This document shows, piece by piece, positions 20,572 to 29,897 of a stretch of DNA of 64,000 nucleotides. The number at the start of each line of letters is the position of its first letter. Position 1 is the stretch's first letter. Source of the DNA: an uncultured delta proteobacterium (GTDB lineage Bacteria > Desulfobacterota > WTBG01); assembly GCA_963793865.1 (NCBI GenBank), contig CAWCBP010000002.1, positions 64,001 to 128,000 on the forward strand, written 5' to 3'. The translations under genes were made by a program, and so were the position numbers. The notes under the pieces were generated by a model. That model made no database searches. It had not been told where the DNA came from and saw only the letters and a program-made list of their open reading frames with translations.

Positions 20572-21067
20572 AGCCTACACCTGATGTGCACTTCCCTCCT
20601 CTAACTGCACTCATTAACGCTGCTGCACATGGTTTTAAAACTTTTATTTTACGGGCAGCTCTTTAATAGGTCGTGGGCGGCATTGTCTGTTCGCGCCGAG
20701 TAGTGGGAGACTGTGAATTACCCACATCACCTTCAACATGCCAGGATCCATAGCTAAAGAGAATAAGCGACCACCAGGAGGAATCTACAATGGGATTGAT
20801 AATAAAATCTCCCTTCCCATTTTCCAGGCAGGTGTTGACAGCATCCTCAAGTGTTGGATTGCCGCCAAATGGAATAAACAGGATCCATAAACGGCTGTCG
20901 CTGCCCTTCTGATTACGGGCAACATCTGTTTCTTTTAAATCAATGCGGCTCAGCTCAACGTGTTTGGTTGAAAGCACGGTAAACCCCGTCTGGCGAACAG
21001 TACAGCCAAATGCAAGAAAACTGATCACAAAAAGAATAGTTAGTTTTTTCATGTTTAAACCCTCCGT
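20572..21067. repeat. ~495-bp direct repeat, copy 1 (copy 2 at 61212-61709)
   Basis: Near-identical DNA covering the lipoprotein gene and its 3' flank. Confidence 0.92.
20663..21052 (-). CDS. Hypothetical lipoprotein, copy 1
   Basis: MKKLTILFVISFLAFGC lipobox; GGAGG SD; protein identical to 61305-61694. Confidence 0.8.
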   Translation of the reverse strand: MKKLTILFVISFLAFGCTVRQTGFTVLSTKHVELSRIDLKETDVARNQKGSDSRLWILFIPFGGNPTLEDAVNTCLENGKGDFIINPIVDSSWWSLILFSYGSWHVEGDVGNSQSPTTRREQTMPPTTY

Positions 21068-21399
21068 CAAGTATTATTATTAAAATACACTAAACTGCTC
21101 AATCACTACCACTCTGATAAAACCTGGTCATACAAAAAGGCATAGTCAGAATTTATACACTTTAAGGTTCCTTCATTGTAATCTCCCTTGGCTTAATAGA
21201 TTGTCTGATACTCATTACCGTGGTGGTTCATCTCTTTTCAGTCAGGGTAAAGTTCATGTAACGTCTGCTTTTCATGGTTTCCTTCTGGATTCTTTCACAC
21301 TGCGCACCTCCTGCTTTACAGAGGTATAGTATTTGTGTCTCATGTAACCGCAGCCGGGGGCGGAAGGAAACACCGGTGCATGATACGCCGCCGCTTTCA

Positions 21400-21579
21400 C
21401 TACTTCCCCACAACCTTCTTGACCTGGCCGATCTTCTCCTGTACTGTGCCGGCCATCTTTTCAGCGATACCTTCAGCTTCCAACTTGGGATTATCGCTTA
21501 GTTCCCCGGCGACCTCCTTGACCCTGCCCTTTGCTTTGTGAAACATGCCTTCCGTCTGGTCCTGCCTGCTGGATTTCAT
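21400..21579 (-). CDS. csbD: CsbD family general stress protein (59 aa, not in the ORF track)
   Basis: MKSSRQDQTEGMFHKAKGRVKEVAGELSDNPKLEAEGIAEKMAGTVQEKIGQVKKVVGK; GGGAG SD. Confidence 0.88.
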   Translation of the reverse strand: MKSSRQDQTEGMFHKAKGRVKEVAGELSDNPKLEAEGIAEKMAGTVQEKIGQVKKVVGK

Positions 21580-21635
21580 GGTGTTCTCCCTTCATCTGGT
21601 TTGCGAAACTTTTTATACTTTACGGTATTGCAGAC

Positions 21636-21767
21636 TTAGGTGCTTATCTTTCCGGACCTGTTGACTGCATCCCTTTCAAATACCTCACACGGTCGTCTGT
21701 GAGCCCAGGTGGGCAGCGAACCAAACAGCATCAAAATCACAATGACAACTAAGACCGTTCCGAGCAT
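21636..21767 (-). pseudogene. Truncated DUF3309-like paralogue
   Basis: MLGTVLVVIVILMLFGSLPTWAH matches the first half of 37995-38150, then diverges. Confidence 0.6.
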
Positions 21768-21794
21768 ATCGTTTCCCCTTTCACCCTGCGTTAT

Positions 21795-21950
21795 CTACTT
21801 GCCGATCAAGATCACGACACCCGCAACGATTGCAAGTATCGGCACCAGTATGCTGAGTTGGCCGAGGCTCATACCGAATAACCCAATCAGCCCCACTACG
21901 ATCAGGTAAATGGCAAGCAAAAGCATTCCGAGATTCTTGACGATATTCAT
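21795..21950 (-). CDS. Small two-TM membrane protein (51 aa)
   Basis: MNIVKNLGMLLLAIYLIVVGLIGLFGMSLGQLSILVPILAIVAGVVILIGK; AGGAG SD. Confidence 0.75.
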   Translation of the reverse strand: MNIVKNLGMLLLAIYLIVVGLIGLFGMSLGQLSILVPILAIVAGVVILIGK

Positions 21951-22034
21951 TGCTCTTCTCCTTCCATTGGTATCTGTCTCGCCGGCATTGAATCGCTTTT
22001 GAGACCCTATCCCTTCCAAGAAAGTAAACTCCTG

Positions 22035-22499
22035 TCAATTGTTTATCTTTTTACTGCCAAAGAAGAACGCCTTTGCCTCATCCTGCTTATCATACCCACC
22101 TATGCCCAGCTCATAATAGCTGATGTTCATCTGGCCGATAATAATGAAATCGATAAAATTAAATCCTATGACATCAAAGGTATACTTCTCTACCAATTCC
22201 TCAGAAATAACTTCATAGCTTGCAGTAAAATATATGCCGATTTCCTGAAACTCACCACTGCCTCCCACACCCAGGACACCGCCATCAAAGCTGTCGACTA
22301 TGAATTCATCATCCTCAAATCTAAACGCATCATTTTTAATATCCCCTTGGCTGCAATAGTCTCCGGCATCATTGGTACAGAACGCCACTATCTCATAGCT
22401 ATTTCCATTAAGAGATAAAGGCGTTACAGCATATGATGCTGAATATACTGTCAACACCAGACCAGCAACCATGACTGCTATCTTCATTAATTTTTTCAT
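22035..22499 (-). CDS. Secreted hypothetical protein
   Basis: Signal peptide MKKLMKIAVMVAGLVLTVYSASYA; acidic, beta-rich body. Confidence 0.7.
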   Translation of the reverse strand: MKKLMKIAVMVAGLVLTVYSASYAVTPLSLNGNSYEIVAFCTNDAGDYCSQGDIKNDAFRFEDDEFIVDSFDGGVLGVGGSGEFQEIGIYFTASYEVISEELVEKYTFDVIGFNFIDFIIIGQMNISYYELGIGGYDKQDEAKAFFFGSKKINN

Positions 22500-22610
22500 A
22501 CATGCTTCCCTTTCTTGTCTTGTCATTTTTATTGCGTGGGTCCCCACCATCCTGTTTTTCGTTTGGTAATCACCGCATCCAGCTTCGCGGTTGAAACATT
22601 GTGCCTCTCA

Positions 22611-22816
22611 TCACCCACTTCTCTTTCCCACAACCAGCAACACGATGCCGCCCACGAGCGCAACTGCTCCGAGGATCGGCGGCAGGGGAAACGTTTTCGT
22701 TTTCTCAGCAGTCATCTGGAGAGGACCGAGATCGACGACCTTCTCTCTGGTTGTATACGTGATTCCCTGGTAAGCGAACACCAGGACGCCTACTGCGATC
22801 AGTATGACCGCAAGTA

Positions 22817-22832
<16 letters not shown>
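22611..22832 (-). CDS. Small membrane protein, DUF3185-like
   Basis: AYQGITYTTREKVVDLGPLQ...PLPPILG between two TM helices; GGAGG SD. Confidence 0.8.
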
Positions 22833-23135
<303 letters not shown>

Positions 23136-23162
23136 ATTCTTCTCCCGATAATCTGAGCTACA

Positions 23163-23384
23163 TTAAGCATCCTGAATTAGCTGATGTACAGGAATAATCG
23201 TGCCGTCCTCAACAAGAACGGGCAGAAGCCCTTTCCCATAAAAACTTATCAGTTCATAAAATCCGGCTTCATTCCTGCTTATATCCACCTCCTGGTAGTC
23301 AAAGCCTTTTTCATCAAAATGCTGTTTTATTAAATTGCAGTACGGATCTGATGACGTCGTATACATTTTTCTTTCCCTGCACAT
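23163..23384 (-). CDS. Glutaredoxin/NrdH-like small protein with a single-Cys DPYC motif (start may be the internal Met at 23366)
   Basis: YTTSSDPYC...EKGFDYQEVDIS...LPVLVEDG. Confidence 0.65.
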   Translation of the reverse strand: MCRERKMYTTSSDPYCNLIKQHFDEKGFDYQEVDISRNEAGFYELISFYGKGLLPVLVEDGTIIPVHQLIQDA

Positions 23385-24025
23385 ACAACACCCCCATAAA
23401 AAGCCTCAGCCAGCAAAAGAACTTAAGGCAACATTTAGAATCGGGTAAGATACTTTTCTCTTAGAGCTCCCGGTTTTGAATTGCGCTGACATATTTTATA
23501 TTCATATAATAATTGATTCTTTTAGATGCGTACATGGGGTCAATACTGTATATTTTAAAAAAAACCACTCTATTTACATGGGGTTCTAGGGAGGGCTTAT
23601 CCATTTCCGGCAGATGAGTGCTCCCCTGATATCCTCTCGTTTGATGCTGACAGTTCAAGCAACTTTCCTAATATTGCCTGCACCTCGGATATATCCCCAT
23701 TCACATAGGTTAAAAAACGGGGCTGCAGCTTATATCCCATCTTTACGCTCTCATCCTCCCGGTCAGGCAAAATGATGATGATTCTAATCAAACCAAACAG
23801 TTTCTGAATAGCAAGGATGTTCAGAAGATCTTTCCGGTCCCCGGCTATAAGAACCATGATAGCCAACCCGTCAATGGGTCTGGTGAGTCTTTGAGACAGG
23901 GTTCTGATGGTGTGATAAATCTCTGTTTTGTTTTCTACCGCTGATGCCTTGAGCAGTCCGATGATCTGTCCCGCAATGATGCCGCTTCTTTTTTCGTAGA
24001 ATATACATTTCATACATCACCTCAC
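23336..24025. repeat. ~690-bp direct repeat, copy 1 (copy 2 at ~58411-59101)
   Basis: Near-identical DNA spanning the receiver-like gene and the 5' part of the glutaredoxin-like gene. Confidence 0.92.
23597..24013 (-). CDS. Hypothetical protein, probable degenerate receiver-like alpha/beta fold, copy 1
   Basis: Alternating beta/alpha pattern (IIIILPD...KLQPRFLTY); GAGGTG SD; first gene after the sigma54 module. Confidence 0.7.
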   Translation of the reverse strand: MKCIFYEKRSGIIAGQIIGLLKASAVENKTEIYHTIRTLSQRLTRPIDGLAIMVLIAGDRKDLLNILAIQKLFGLIRIIIILPDREDESVKMGYKLQPRFLTYVNGDISEVQAILGKLLELSASNERISGEHSSAGNG

Positions 24026-24036
24026 TCTACTATCAT

Positions 24037-24194
24037 TACAAGAATCGAGCCATCATGGTCTTGAATGCATAGTCACTGTTATTTCAACCGGTTAGCGGGA
24101 TCTGACGAAAAGGAAGGAACTTTAAACCATCGAAACCTGTCCCCTGTGACGGGATTGAGTCCCATCAAATGGGATTTGTCCCGTTCAACAGGAC
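24037..24194 (-). promoter_or_regulatory. Sigma54 promoter/enhancer module, copy A
   Basis: Minus strand TGGCTCGATTCTTGTA (GG-N10-GT) at 24037-24052; IHF-like TTTCAACCGGTTA near 24082; three GTCCC-N7-(G/A)GGA(T/C) palindromes starting at 24139, 24159 and 24178. Confidence 0.75.
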
Positions 24195-24252
24195 ACGTAT
24201 TAAAGGGGGCGATACTAATGGGGAGAATCTGATTATTAAAGGGAACTTGACC

Positions 24253-25080
24253 TCAGGTCTTAAGGAATGCCAGCAGGTCGGCGTTGAGCTGGTCTTTGTG
24301 CGTGTCCGCGAGGCCGTGGGGTGCGCCCGCGTAGATCTTCAGGGTCGCGTTCTTGACCAGCTTCGATGAGCGGAGAGCCGCGGCGCCGATCGGCACGATC
24401 TGGTCGTCGTCGCCGTGAACGATCAGCGTCGGCACGTCGAACTTCTTGAGGTCTTCGGTGAAATCCGTCTCGGAGAACGCCTTGATGCAGTCGAAGGTGT
24501 TCTTGTGACCGGCCTGCATCCCCTGGAGCCAGAACGAGTCGATCATGCCCTGCGAGACCTTGGCGCCGGGCCTGTTGGCCCCGAAGAACGGGCCGCTGGC
24601 GAGATCCTTGTAGAGCTGCGAGCGGTCGGCGATGGAGCCGAGGCGGATCTCGTCGAACACCTCAATCGGCAAGCCGCCGGGATTGGCCGCCGTTTTCAGC
24701 ATCAGCGGCGGGACGGCGGAGATCAGCGCGGCCTTGGCCACCCGTTTCGTGCCGTGGCGGCCGATATAGCGGGCAACTTCGCCGCCGCCCGCGGAGAAGC
24801 CGATCAGGACGGCGCCCTTCAGGTCGAGCGTTTCGATGAGCTCCGAGAGGTCGTCGGCATAGGTGTCCATCTCGTTGCCACTCCAGGGCTGGCTCGACCG
24901 GCCATGGCCGCGACGGTCATGGGCAATGCAGCGATAGCCGTTGGAGGCCAGGAACATCATCTGAGCCTCCCAGCTATCCGCACTGAGGGGCCAGCCGTGG
25001 CTGAACACCACAGGCTGTCCTGTGCCCCAGTCCTTGTAATAGATCTGCGTACCGTCTTTCGTCGTAATCTAATTATTCAT
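24253..25080 (-). CDS. cpo: Non-heme chloroperoxidase-like alpha/beta hydrolase (in-frame TAG at codon 4)
   Basis: [44 protein letters not shown] nucleophile elbow, [14 protein letters not shown]. Confidence 0.88.
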
Positions 25081-25086
25081 TTTCTT

Positions 25087-25115
25087 GTCATTCCCCGACT
25101 TGATCGGGGAATCCA
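25087..25115. repeat. REP-like palindrome
   Basis: GTCATTCCCCGA-CTTGA-TCGGGGAATCCA, of the GTCATTCCC...GGGAATCC type. Confidence 0.6.
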
Positions 25116-25798
25116 CAGATGATTTAAGGGAGGGGATCCTTTAATACACCCGATTTAACCCCGGAGGTAAAAGAATGAAATATGTTCATTCCATATTCAA
25201 AATACTTGAATGCAACAATAAAAACAATGGGATAATAGTAGTATTTTTACTCTTTACATGCAGTATTTTTATGCTTTTAATGAAGATATCCCCATTTTTT
25301 GTCCAAACAATGGGGAGACCCTTAGACACAACATCCTGTTTTGCAGGTAAATCTGTCTGACCCCGCTTTTTGTACCACTTTTTAATAAGGGATCCAGGGT
25401 TTTCTCCCTTCGAAGTTATTACATCCCATGTATGACCTTCTCATTACCCTCTTGTCTCCATCCATTCTTCTGCTATAATAGTACTTGAATGTGACGTCAA
25501 AGGAGGTATTGTAAGATGAAAGGAGTTCTGGCTGGAAAGCTCATAGTAAAACAGCAGCTGAATATTTTGGAGGAATTTATGTATGAAGAAAAAAAACGAT
25601 AATTATCCCAAGGCGTGGGAGTTAGGAGATTTGACAGAAAATGATAGAGAAAAAGCTATAGACGCAGGGTGTGAGCCGGGCAAAAAATGCTTGATGAGCA
25701 CGCCGGCGATCATTGGGAGATACTTAGAACGCTGCAAGAGAAGCACATTCACTAATATGTCTCTCACAACCCCGCATGCTGCAATAGGAGGTTCGACC

Positions 25799-26419
25799 AT
25801 GCGCCAGATATGGGCTGCGGCCTGGCTTGTAACTTTCCTTCTGGTGGGCCAGGCGACAGCGGCTGACCAGGCCCAGAAGGCGGAAACCGCCAAGAGCAAG
25901 GCGGAGGTGCTGGAGGAGAAGGCCGCGCCGGAGGGCAGTAAGGTGCTACCGACTCCGGCCCAGATGATCACTAAGCCCCAGGCACAGGCGGTCGATCCGA
26001 CCGGAGAAGAGCTTTTGGACGATGCGATCACCTGTCTTGCCCGCAGCATCTACTGGGAGGCCAGGGGCACGGGTGATGCCAGCATGGAAGCCGTCGCCAA
26101 TGTCGTTATGAACCGGGTCGGACATGAGGGCTTCCCAAACACCATCTGTGGAGTTGTCAAGCAAGGCCAGGAGCAGGGTGCTTGCCAGTTCTCGTGGTGG
26201 TGCGATGGCCGTGTGGATGACGCAGAGGAGGACGAGTCCTACTCGCATGCCAAGGAAATCTCCCGCAAGGCCCTCAACCGCCAACTCAAAGACCGAACCG
26301 GTGGTGCCTTGTATTTCCATAATCGGAAAGTAGCCCCCAGTTGGTCCAAGGAATATATCAGGACGGTCGAGGTCGGCGAGCATGTCTTCTACAAACCGGC
26401 TGGTGGCGAGGCCAAATAG
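25799..26419 (+). CDS. Cell wall hydrolase, SleB/CwlJ (Hydrolase_2) family
   Basis: CLARSIYWEARG, VANVVMNRV, FPNTICGVV, CQFSW, GALYFH, GEHVFY; AGGAGG SD before ATG 25799; signal peptide. Confidence 0.9.
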   Translation: MRQIWAAAWLVTFLLVGQATAADQAQKAETAKSKAEVLEEKAAPEGSKVLPTPAQMITKPQAQAVDPTGEELLDDAITCLARSIYWEARGTGDASMEAVANVVMNRVGHEGFPNTICGVVKQGQEQGACQFSWWCDGRVDDAEEDESYSHAKEISRKALNRQLKDRTGGALYFHNRKVAPSWSKEYIRTVEVGEHVFYKPAGGEAK

Positions 26420-26524
26420 GCTCTGCCGGTTGACATTGGTGAGACTTCGAAACGTTTCGTCTTAATTGGACGGACAGCCAGGAACAGACTAATTTATTTA
26501 GCTCTTTCGTGGGCCTGCTGTGTA

Positions 26525-27175
26525 TCATCGATAATCACACCACTCCCCCGGCGCACACAAAGGACAAGGTTTATTGTATGCATTTCTACCTGAATCTGCT
26601 TTGAACAGACTGTTATCCCACCCATCCACATCTCCATCGCAATCAAAGTCTCCATTGCATGGATCATCATTAGTACAGGGATGATTGAATCGATTTCTCC
26701 CCACTTCAGTCCGGAAGAGGGCAACATCCCCTCCATCAACATCTCCGTCACAGGCGAAATCAGCTTCACAGTCACAAGCATCACCAATATCATTGCCGAC
26801 CGGGGGACAGGTGTCTTTCTGATCGGGATTATAAACATCCGGACAGTTGTCTTCATAATCCATGTCATCATCCAATGACAGAGATAGCTCACGGGAATAT
26901 GAGCTTTCATTATCAGAAATGTCGTAAGCCGTTATAGCAACAAAATAGGGGACATGCTCATACATAAATAATTTAGCAAATGCATAGGAGGTGACGTTTC
27001 CCAAATCAATCACCGAAGTGTAATATCCGGATGAAGTGCCACAGTAAAAGTTATAGCCGCCCAGGTCTTGCTCAGTGTTTGGATTCCAGGTGATGGTCGT
27101 GCCATAACTGTGCGGTACTATAGCAGTAAATGAAAACACCCACAGTAAGATTAACATGCTATACACTCTAGGCAT
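26525..27175 (-). CDS. Secreted protein: FN3-like domain, TSP3-like repeat and paired dockerin-like Ca-binding loops
   Basis: WNPNTEQDLGGY...ITAYD...NES; DNCPDVYNPDQKD; DFACDGDVDGGD and DFDCDGDVDGWD. Confidence 0.75.
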   Translation of the reverse strand: MPRVYSMLILLWVFSFTAIVPHSYGTTITWNPNTEQDLGGYNFYCGTSSGYYTSVIDLGNVTSYAFAKLFMYEHVPYFVAITAYDISDNESSYSRELSLSLDDDMDYEDNCPDVYNPDQKDTCPPVGNDIGDACDCEADFACDGDVDGGDVALFRTEVGRNRFNHPCTNDDPCNGDFDCDGDVDGWDNSLFKADSGRNAYNKPCPLCAPGEWCDYR

Positions 27176-27342
27176 AATTATTCCCCTTGAAGGTTTGTCG
27201 TTTTGTGTGATTTTTAAAAATCGGAGTGGCCAAATGGAGATGAAAATTGAACAAAGGGCGGTGGCTGAATCACTTCCGGAGACGGCGATCTGTATCCCAG
27301 CAAACTGTTTGGTGCCATCTAATCACCCCTCAACACTTACTG

Positions 27343-27579
27343 CTAGATATTATGGCGATTGTAGAGTTCACACCTGATGGGGCATAGACAAAAATTCCCA
27401 TCACCAAACAATATATGATATTTACAGTACCCACGATGATTGGATTTAATCTGTAGCATTTCATGTCCAATGATTGACAATACATCACACAAACACTCTT
27501 TATCTCCCGATAAGCAACGGAAACCACAATGACACTTGGTGGTCTTCTTTAATACTGCATCATCTATGTTTAGTGCCAT
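27343..27579 (-). CDS. Small Cys-rich hypothetical protein
   Basis: 78 aa with 9 Cys; GGGGTGG SD-like; co-oriented with neighbours. Confidence 0.65.
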   Translation of the reverse strand: MALNIDDAVLKKTTKCHCGFRCLSGDKECLCDVLSIIGHEMLQIKSNHRGYCKYHILFGDGNFCLCPIRCELYNRHNI

Positions 27580-27625
27580 CTAACCACCCCTAATATCAAC
27601 GCCAACGCATCTTATAACGCGTTCT

Positions 27626-27808
27626 CTAATTAATTTCTCTCAAGAGTTGCGTGGTATCCTCTTCTAATACAAGCCATCTACCCATTACTTTCTTTCCTTT
27701 GAGCTTCCCCTGTTTGAGGTAATTCCTGATAGTAACGGTGGTAACATTCAGCTTCTGAGCTAACTCTGAAACAGAATAAAGATTTGTTCCTATTATTTGA
27801 ATTGGCAT
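27626..27808 (-). CDS. HTH_17 / excisionase-like DNA-binding protein
   Basis: YSVSELAQKLNVTTVTIRNYLKQGKLKGKKVMGRWLV; AGGAG SD. Confidence 0.85.
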   Translation of the reverse strand: MPIQIIGTNLYSVSELAQKLNVTTVTIRNYLKQGKLKGKKVMGRWLVLEEDTTQLLREIN

Positions 27809-27861
27809 GGTCTCCTACACCTCCTTCTTATAAAAAGTGGTGCTAACCTTTCTGGCAAACA

Positions 27862-29460
27862 TTAACACTCAATAAAGGTTCTTAATTTTTTATGACGGTA
27901 GTGGTACCGCAATTTCTGGAGTGCCTTGGATTCAATCTGTCTAATTCGCTCTCTGGTAACTGAGAAATCCTGCCCTATCTCCTCCAGTGTTTTCTCTGTT
28001 GTTCCTCCTATGCCAAATCGCATCATGAGAAGCTTTTCTTCGAAAGCTGTTAAGGTAGCTAATGCTTCTTTCGTGTGTTCCTGCAGACAGTGGTTAACAT
28101 AGGCTTCTTCTGGAGATACAATCTTTTTATCTTCCACAAAGTCACCTAAGGGGTTTTGTGTCTCTTCTCTTGTAGAAGTTTCTAAAGAGAGGGTTTTCTC
28201 AGCAGATGTGAGCATCGTTCTCACCTCTCCCAGGGAATATCCTCCTCTCTGCGCAAGCTCCTCAAGTGTAGCTTCTCTCCCTATCTCTTTAAGCAATAGA
28301 CGGGAAAGTGTCATCAGCCTGTTGATGGCTGTAATCATATGAACTGGAATCCTGATAGTTCGCGCCTTATCGGCGATAGCCCTGGTAATAGCCTGTTTGA
28401 TCCACCAGGTTGCATAGGTAGTAAATTTGTAGCCTTCCTTATAGAAAACGTATTTCTCAACAGCCTTCATAAGACCGATATTCCCCTCCTGAATAAGATC
28501 TGCTAATGGTAAGCCATAATTGGTATATTTTTTCGCCAGATGCACTACCGTTCTTAAATGGGCTTTCATCAAATCTTGCTTGGCTTGCTTGATTTCATTC
28601 TCTGCCGCTTCAATGGCTTGAATCGCCTTCTTTAAACCCGGGGCATCACCTGATCCCACCTGAATCTGCTTATTGTTTGAGGATGGTATAAAGTCTTTCT
28701 CGTGGTTCACTCCCGTTTCATGCAACTGCTTTACTTTGAGAGCAATCCTTTCAATCCGGAATGTGCCGAGATTAATTTTTTTGATGAGATTACCTGTCCT
28801 CTCGAAATCCTGATCAAGTTCTTTCTTCACCCTTTCTTTCTTAGCTCCACCGGGGATTCTCTCAATTAAGTTCTTTTGTAAGGTGATCCTCTTTTCCTCA
28901 TTCCTGCTTATCACCTCTGTTAAAGAGAGGATTTTCTTTTTATAAAGCGCCTCTTCACTCTCTCCTGCTCCACCATCTATGCCCCCAATGACTTCTCCCC
29001 GAGCAATCTTGTCGTTTGTGGGTTTTTCCCCGATGCAGATGATTTCCCTGCCGGTAAACGGTATGCATGCAATAACCCCGGCAATCTGTTTCTCAGCTGA
29101 TGAAATGCGTTGTCCAATGGCTGCCTCTTCATCACCGGAGAGCGCGGGTATGGCATTAATCTCACTCAAATAGATACCGAGCGCATCCTTAAACCTTTTC
29201 GGTGATCCCTGTTCTTCATTTCCATCATTTCCTTTTTTGAAGGTGGTCCTGCGTTCACACCGGTTTGTTTTTGCATTTAAATGTGCTGTAATAACTTCTT
29301 CATCTGTTTTTCCAGCCAGGATAATTAGTTCATCAAGCTGTTCCGGAGAGATACCATCCGGGAAGGTACTGTCACGAGTGTCTTCAACGAAGAAGAGCTC
29401 CTTACATTCTCCGGTATCAAACAGCTCTTGTACGTGATCAGTGGTATCTTTCTTTGCCAT
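27862..29460 (-). CDS. RpoD-like sigma70 factor (divergent paralogue)
   Basis: Region 1.2 YLSEINAIPAL; region 2 DLIQEGNIGLMKAVEK...FTTYATWWIKQAITRAIADKARTIRIPVHM; region 4.2 TLEEIGQDFSVTRERIRQIESKAL. Confidence 0.92.
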   Translation of the reverse strand: MAKKDTTDHVQELFDTGECKELFFVEDTRDSTFPDGISPEQLDELIILAGKTDEEVITAHLNAKTNRCERRTTFKKGNDGNEEQGSPKRFKDALGIYLSEINAIPALSGDEEAAIGQRISSAEKQIAGVIACIPFTGREIICIGEKPTNDKIARGEVIGGIDGGAGESEEALYKKKILSLTEVISRNEEKRITLQKNLIERIPGGAKKERVKKELDQDFERTGNLIKKINLGTFRIERIALKVKQLHETGVNHEKDFIPSSNNKQIQVGSGDAPGLKKAIQAIEAAENEIKQAKQDLMKAHLRTVVHLAKKYTNYGLPLADLIQEGNIGLMKAVEKYVFYKEGYKFTTYATWWIKQAITRAIADKARTIRIPVHMITAINRLMTLSRLLLKEIGREATLEELAQRGGYSLGEVRTMLTSAEKTLSLETSTREETQNPLGDFVEDKKIVSPEEAYVNHCLQEHTKEALATLTAFEEKLLMMRFGIGGTTEKTLEEIGQDFSVTRERIRQIESKALQKLRYHYRHKKLRTFIEC

Positions 29461-29511
29461 GAGAAACCTTGTTTTGGTTATCGGCCTTCTCTCTTTTCTA
29501 TGCCACGCCTA

Positions 29512-29685
29512 TTAAAAAAACAGATTAATAAGCATCCTGCAGCATTGATATATGCCATACCAACAGAGAAGACAAAGTGGCAGGATACTCAACCTAATGA
29601 GCTTAATTACGCTCTCTTCATTAATAATTTTTTTCTCCTGGTGCCGGTGGATCTCAAATCTTTTAACGCCAGGTTGATAGCTCAT
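29512..29685 (-). CDS. Small hypothetical protein with a hydrophobic, Cys-containing C-term (57 aa, not in the ORF track)
   Basis: MSYQPGVKRF...LPLCLLCWYGIYQCCRMLINLFF; GAGGAG upstream. Confidence 0.4.
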   Translation of the reverse strand: MSYQPGVKRFEIHRHQEKKIINEESVIKLIRLSILPLCLLCWYGIYQCCRMLINLFF

Positions 29686-29782
29686 GCCTTTATCACTCCT
29701 CTAAATTGATTTTAACCTCTTCCGAAACGATACAGCCGCCATCATTTCTTATGGCAAAATCCGTTATTCCAGGATCAAGGAT

Positions 29783-29824
29783 AAAAAAACCGATTAACAG
29801 GAGTTTTTCTCCTCCCTTAATCGG
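29783..29824 (-). terminator. Intrinsic terminator
   Basis: CCGATTAA-GGGAG...CTCCT-G-TTAATCGG followed by T7 on the minus strand. Confidence 0.7.
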
Positions 29825-29897
29825 CTTGCTGATCACTCTCCAGAGTGATTGGCTGGCTTACTGGTTTGCTATTGCTACTTAGATTACCTCTGTGGCA

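Noticed and set aside
23340..23366. Possible selenocysteine in the glutaredoxin-like active site
   Set aside because: The codon is GAT (Asp) in both copies, not TGA
24139..24194. Short repeats with variable spacers as a mini-CRISPR
   Set aside because: Units are 17-bp palindromes with 7-bp centres; no cas genes; fits activator binding sites
25583..25798. N-terminal extension of the cell wall hydrolase ORF
   Set aside because: Strong SD and signal peptide at 25799, plus a composition change, indicate the later start
27626..27808. Excisionase as evidence of a prophage or ICE
   Set aside because: No integrase, att site, tRNA or phage genes in the window
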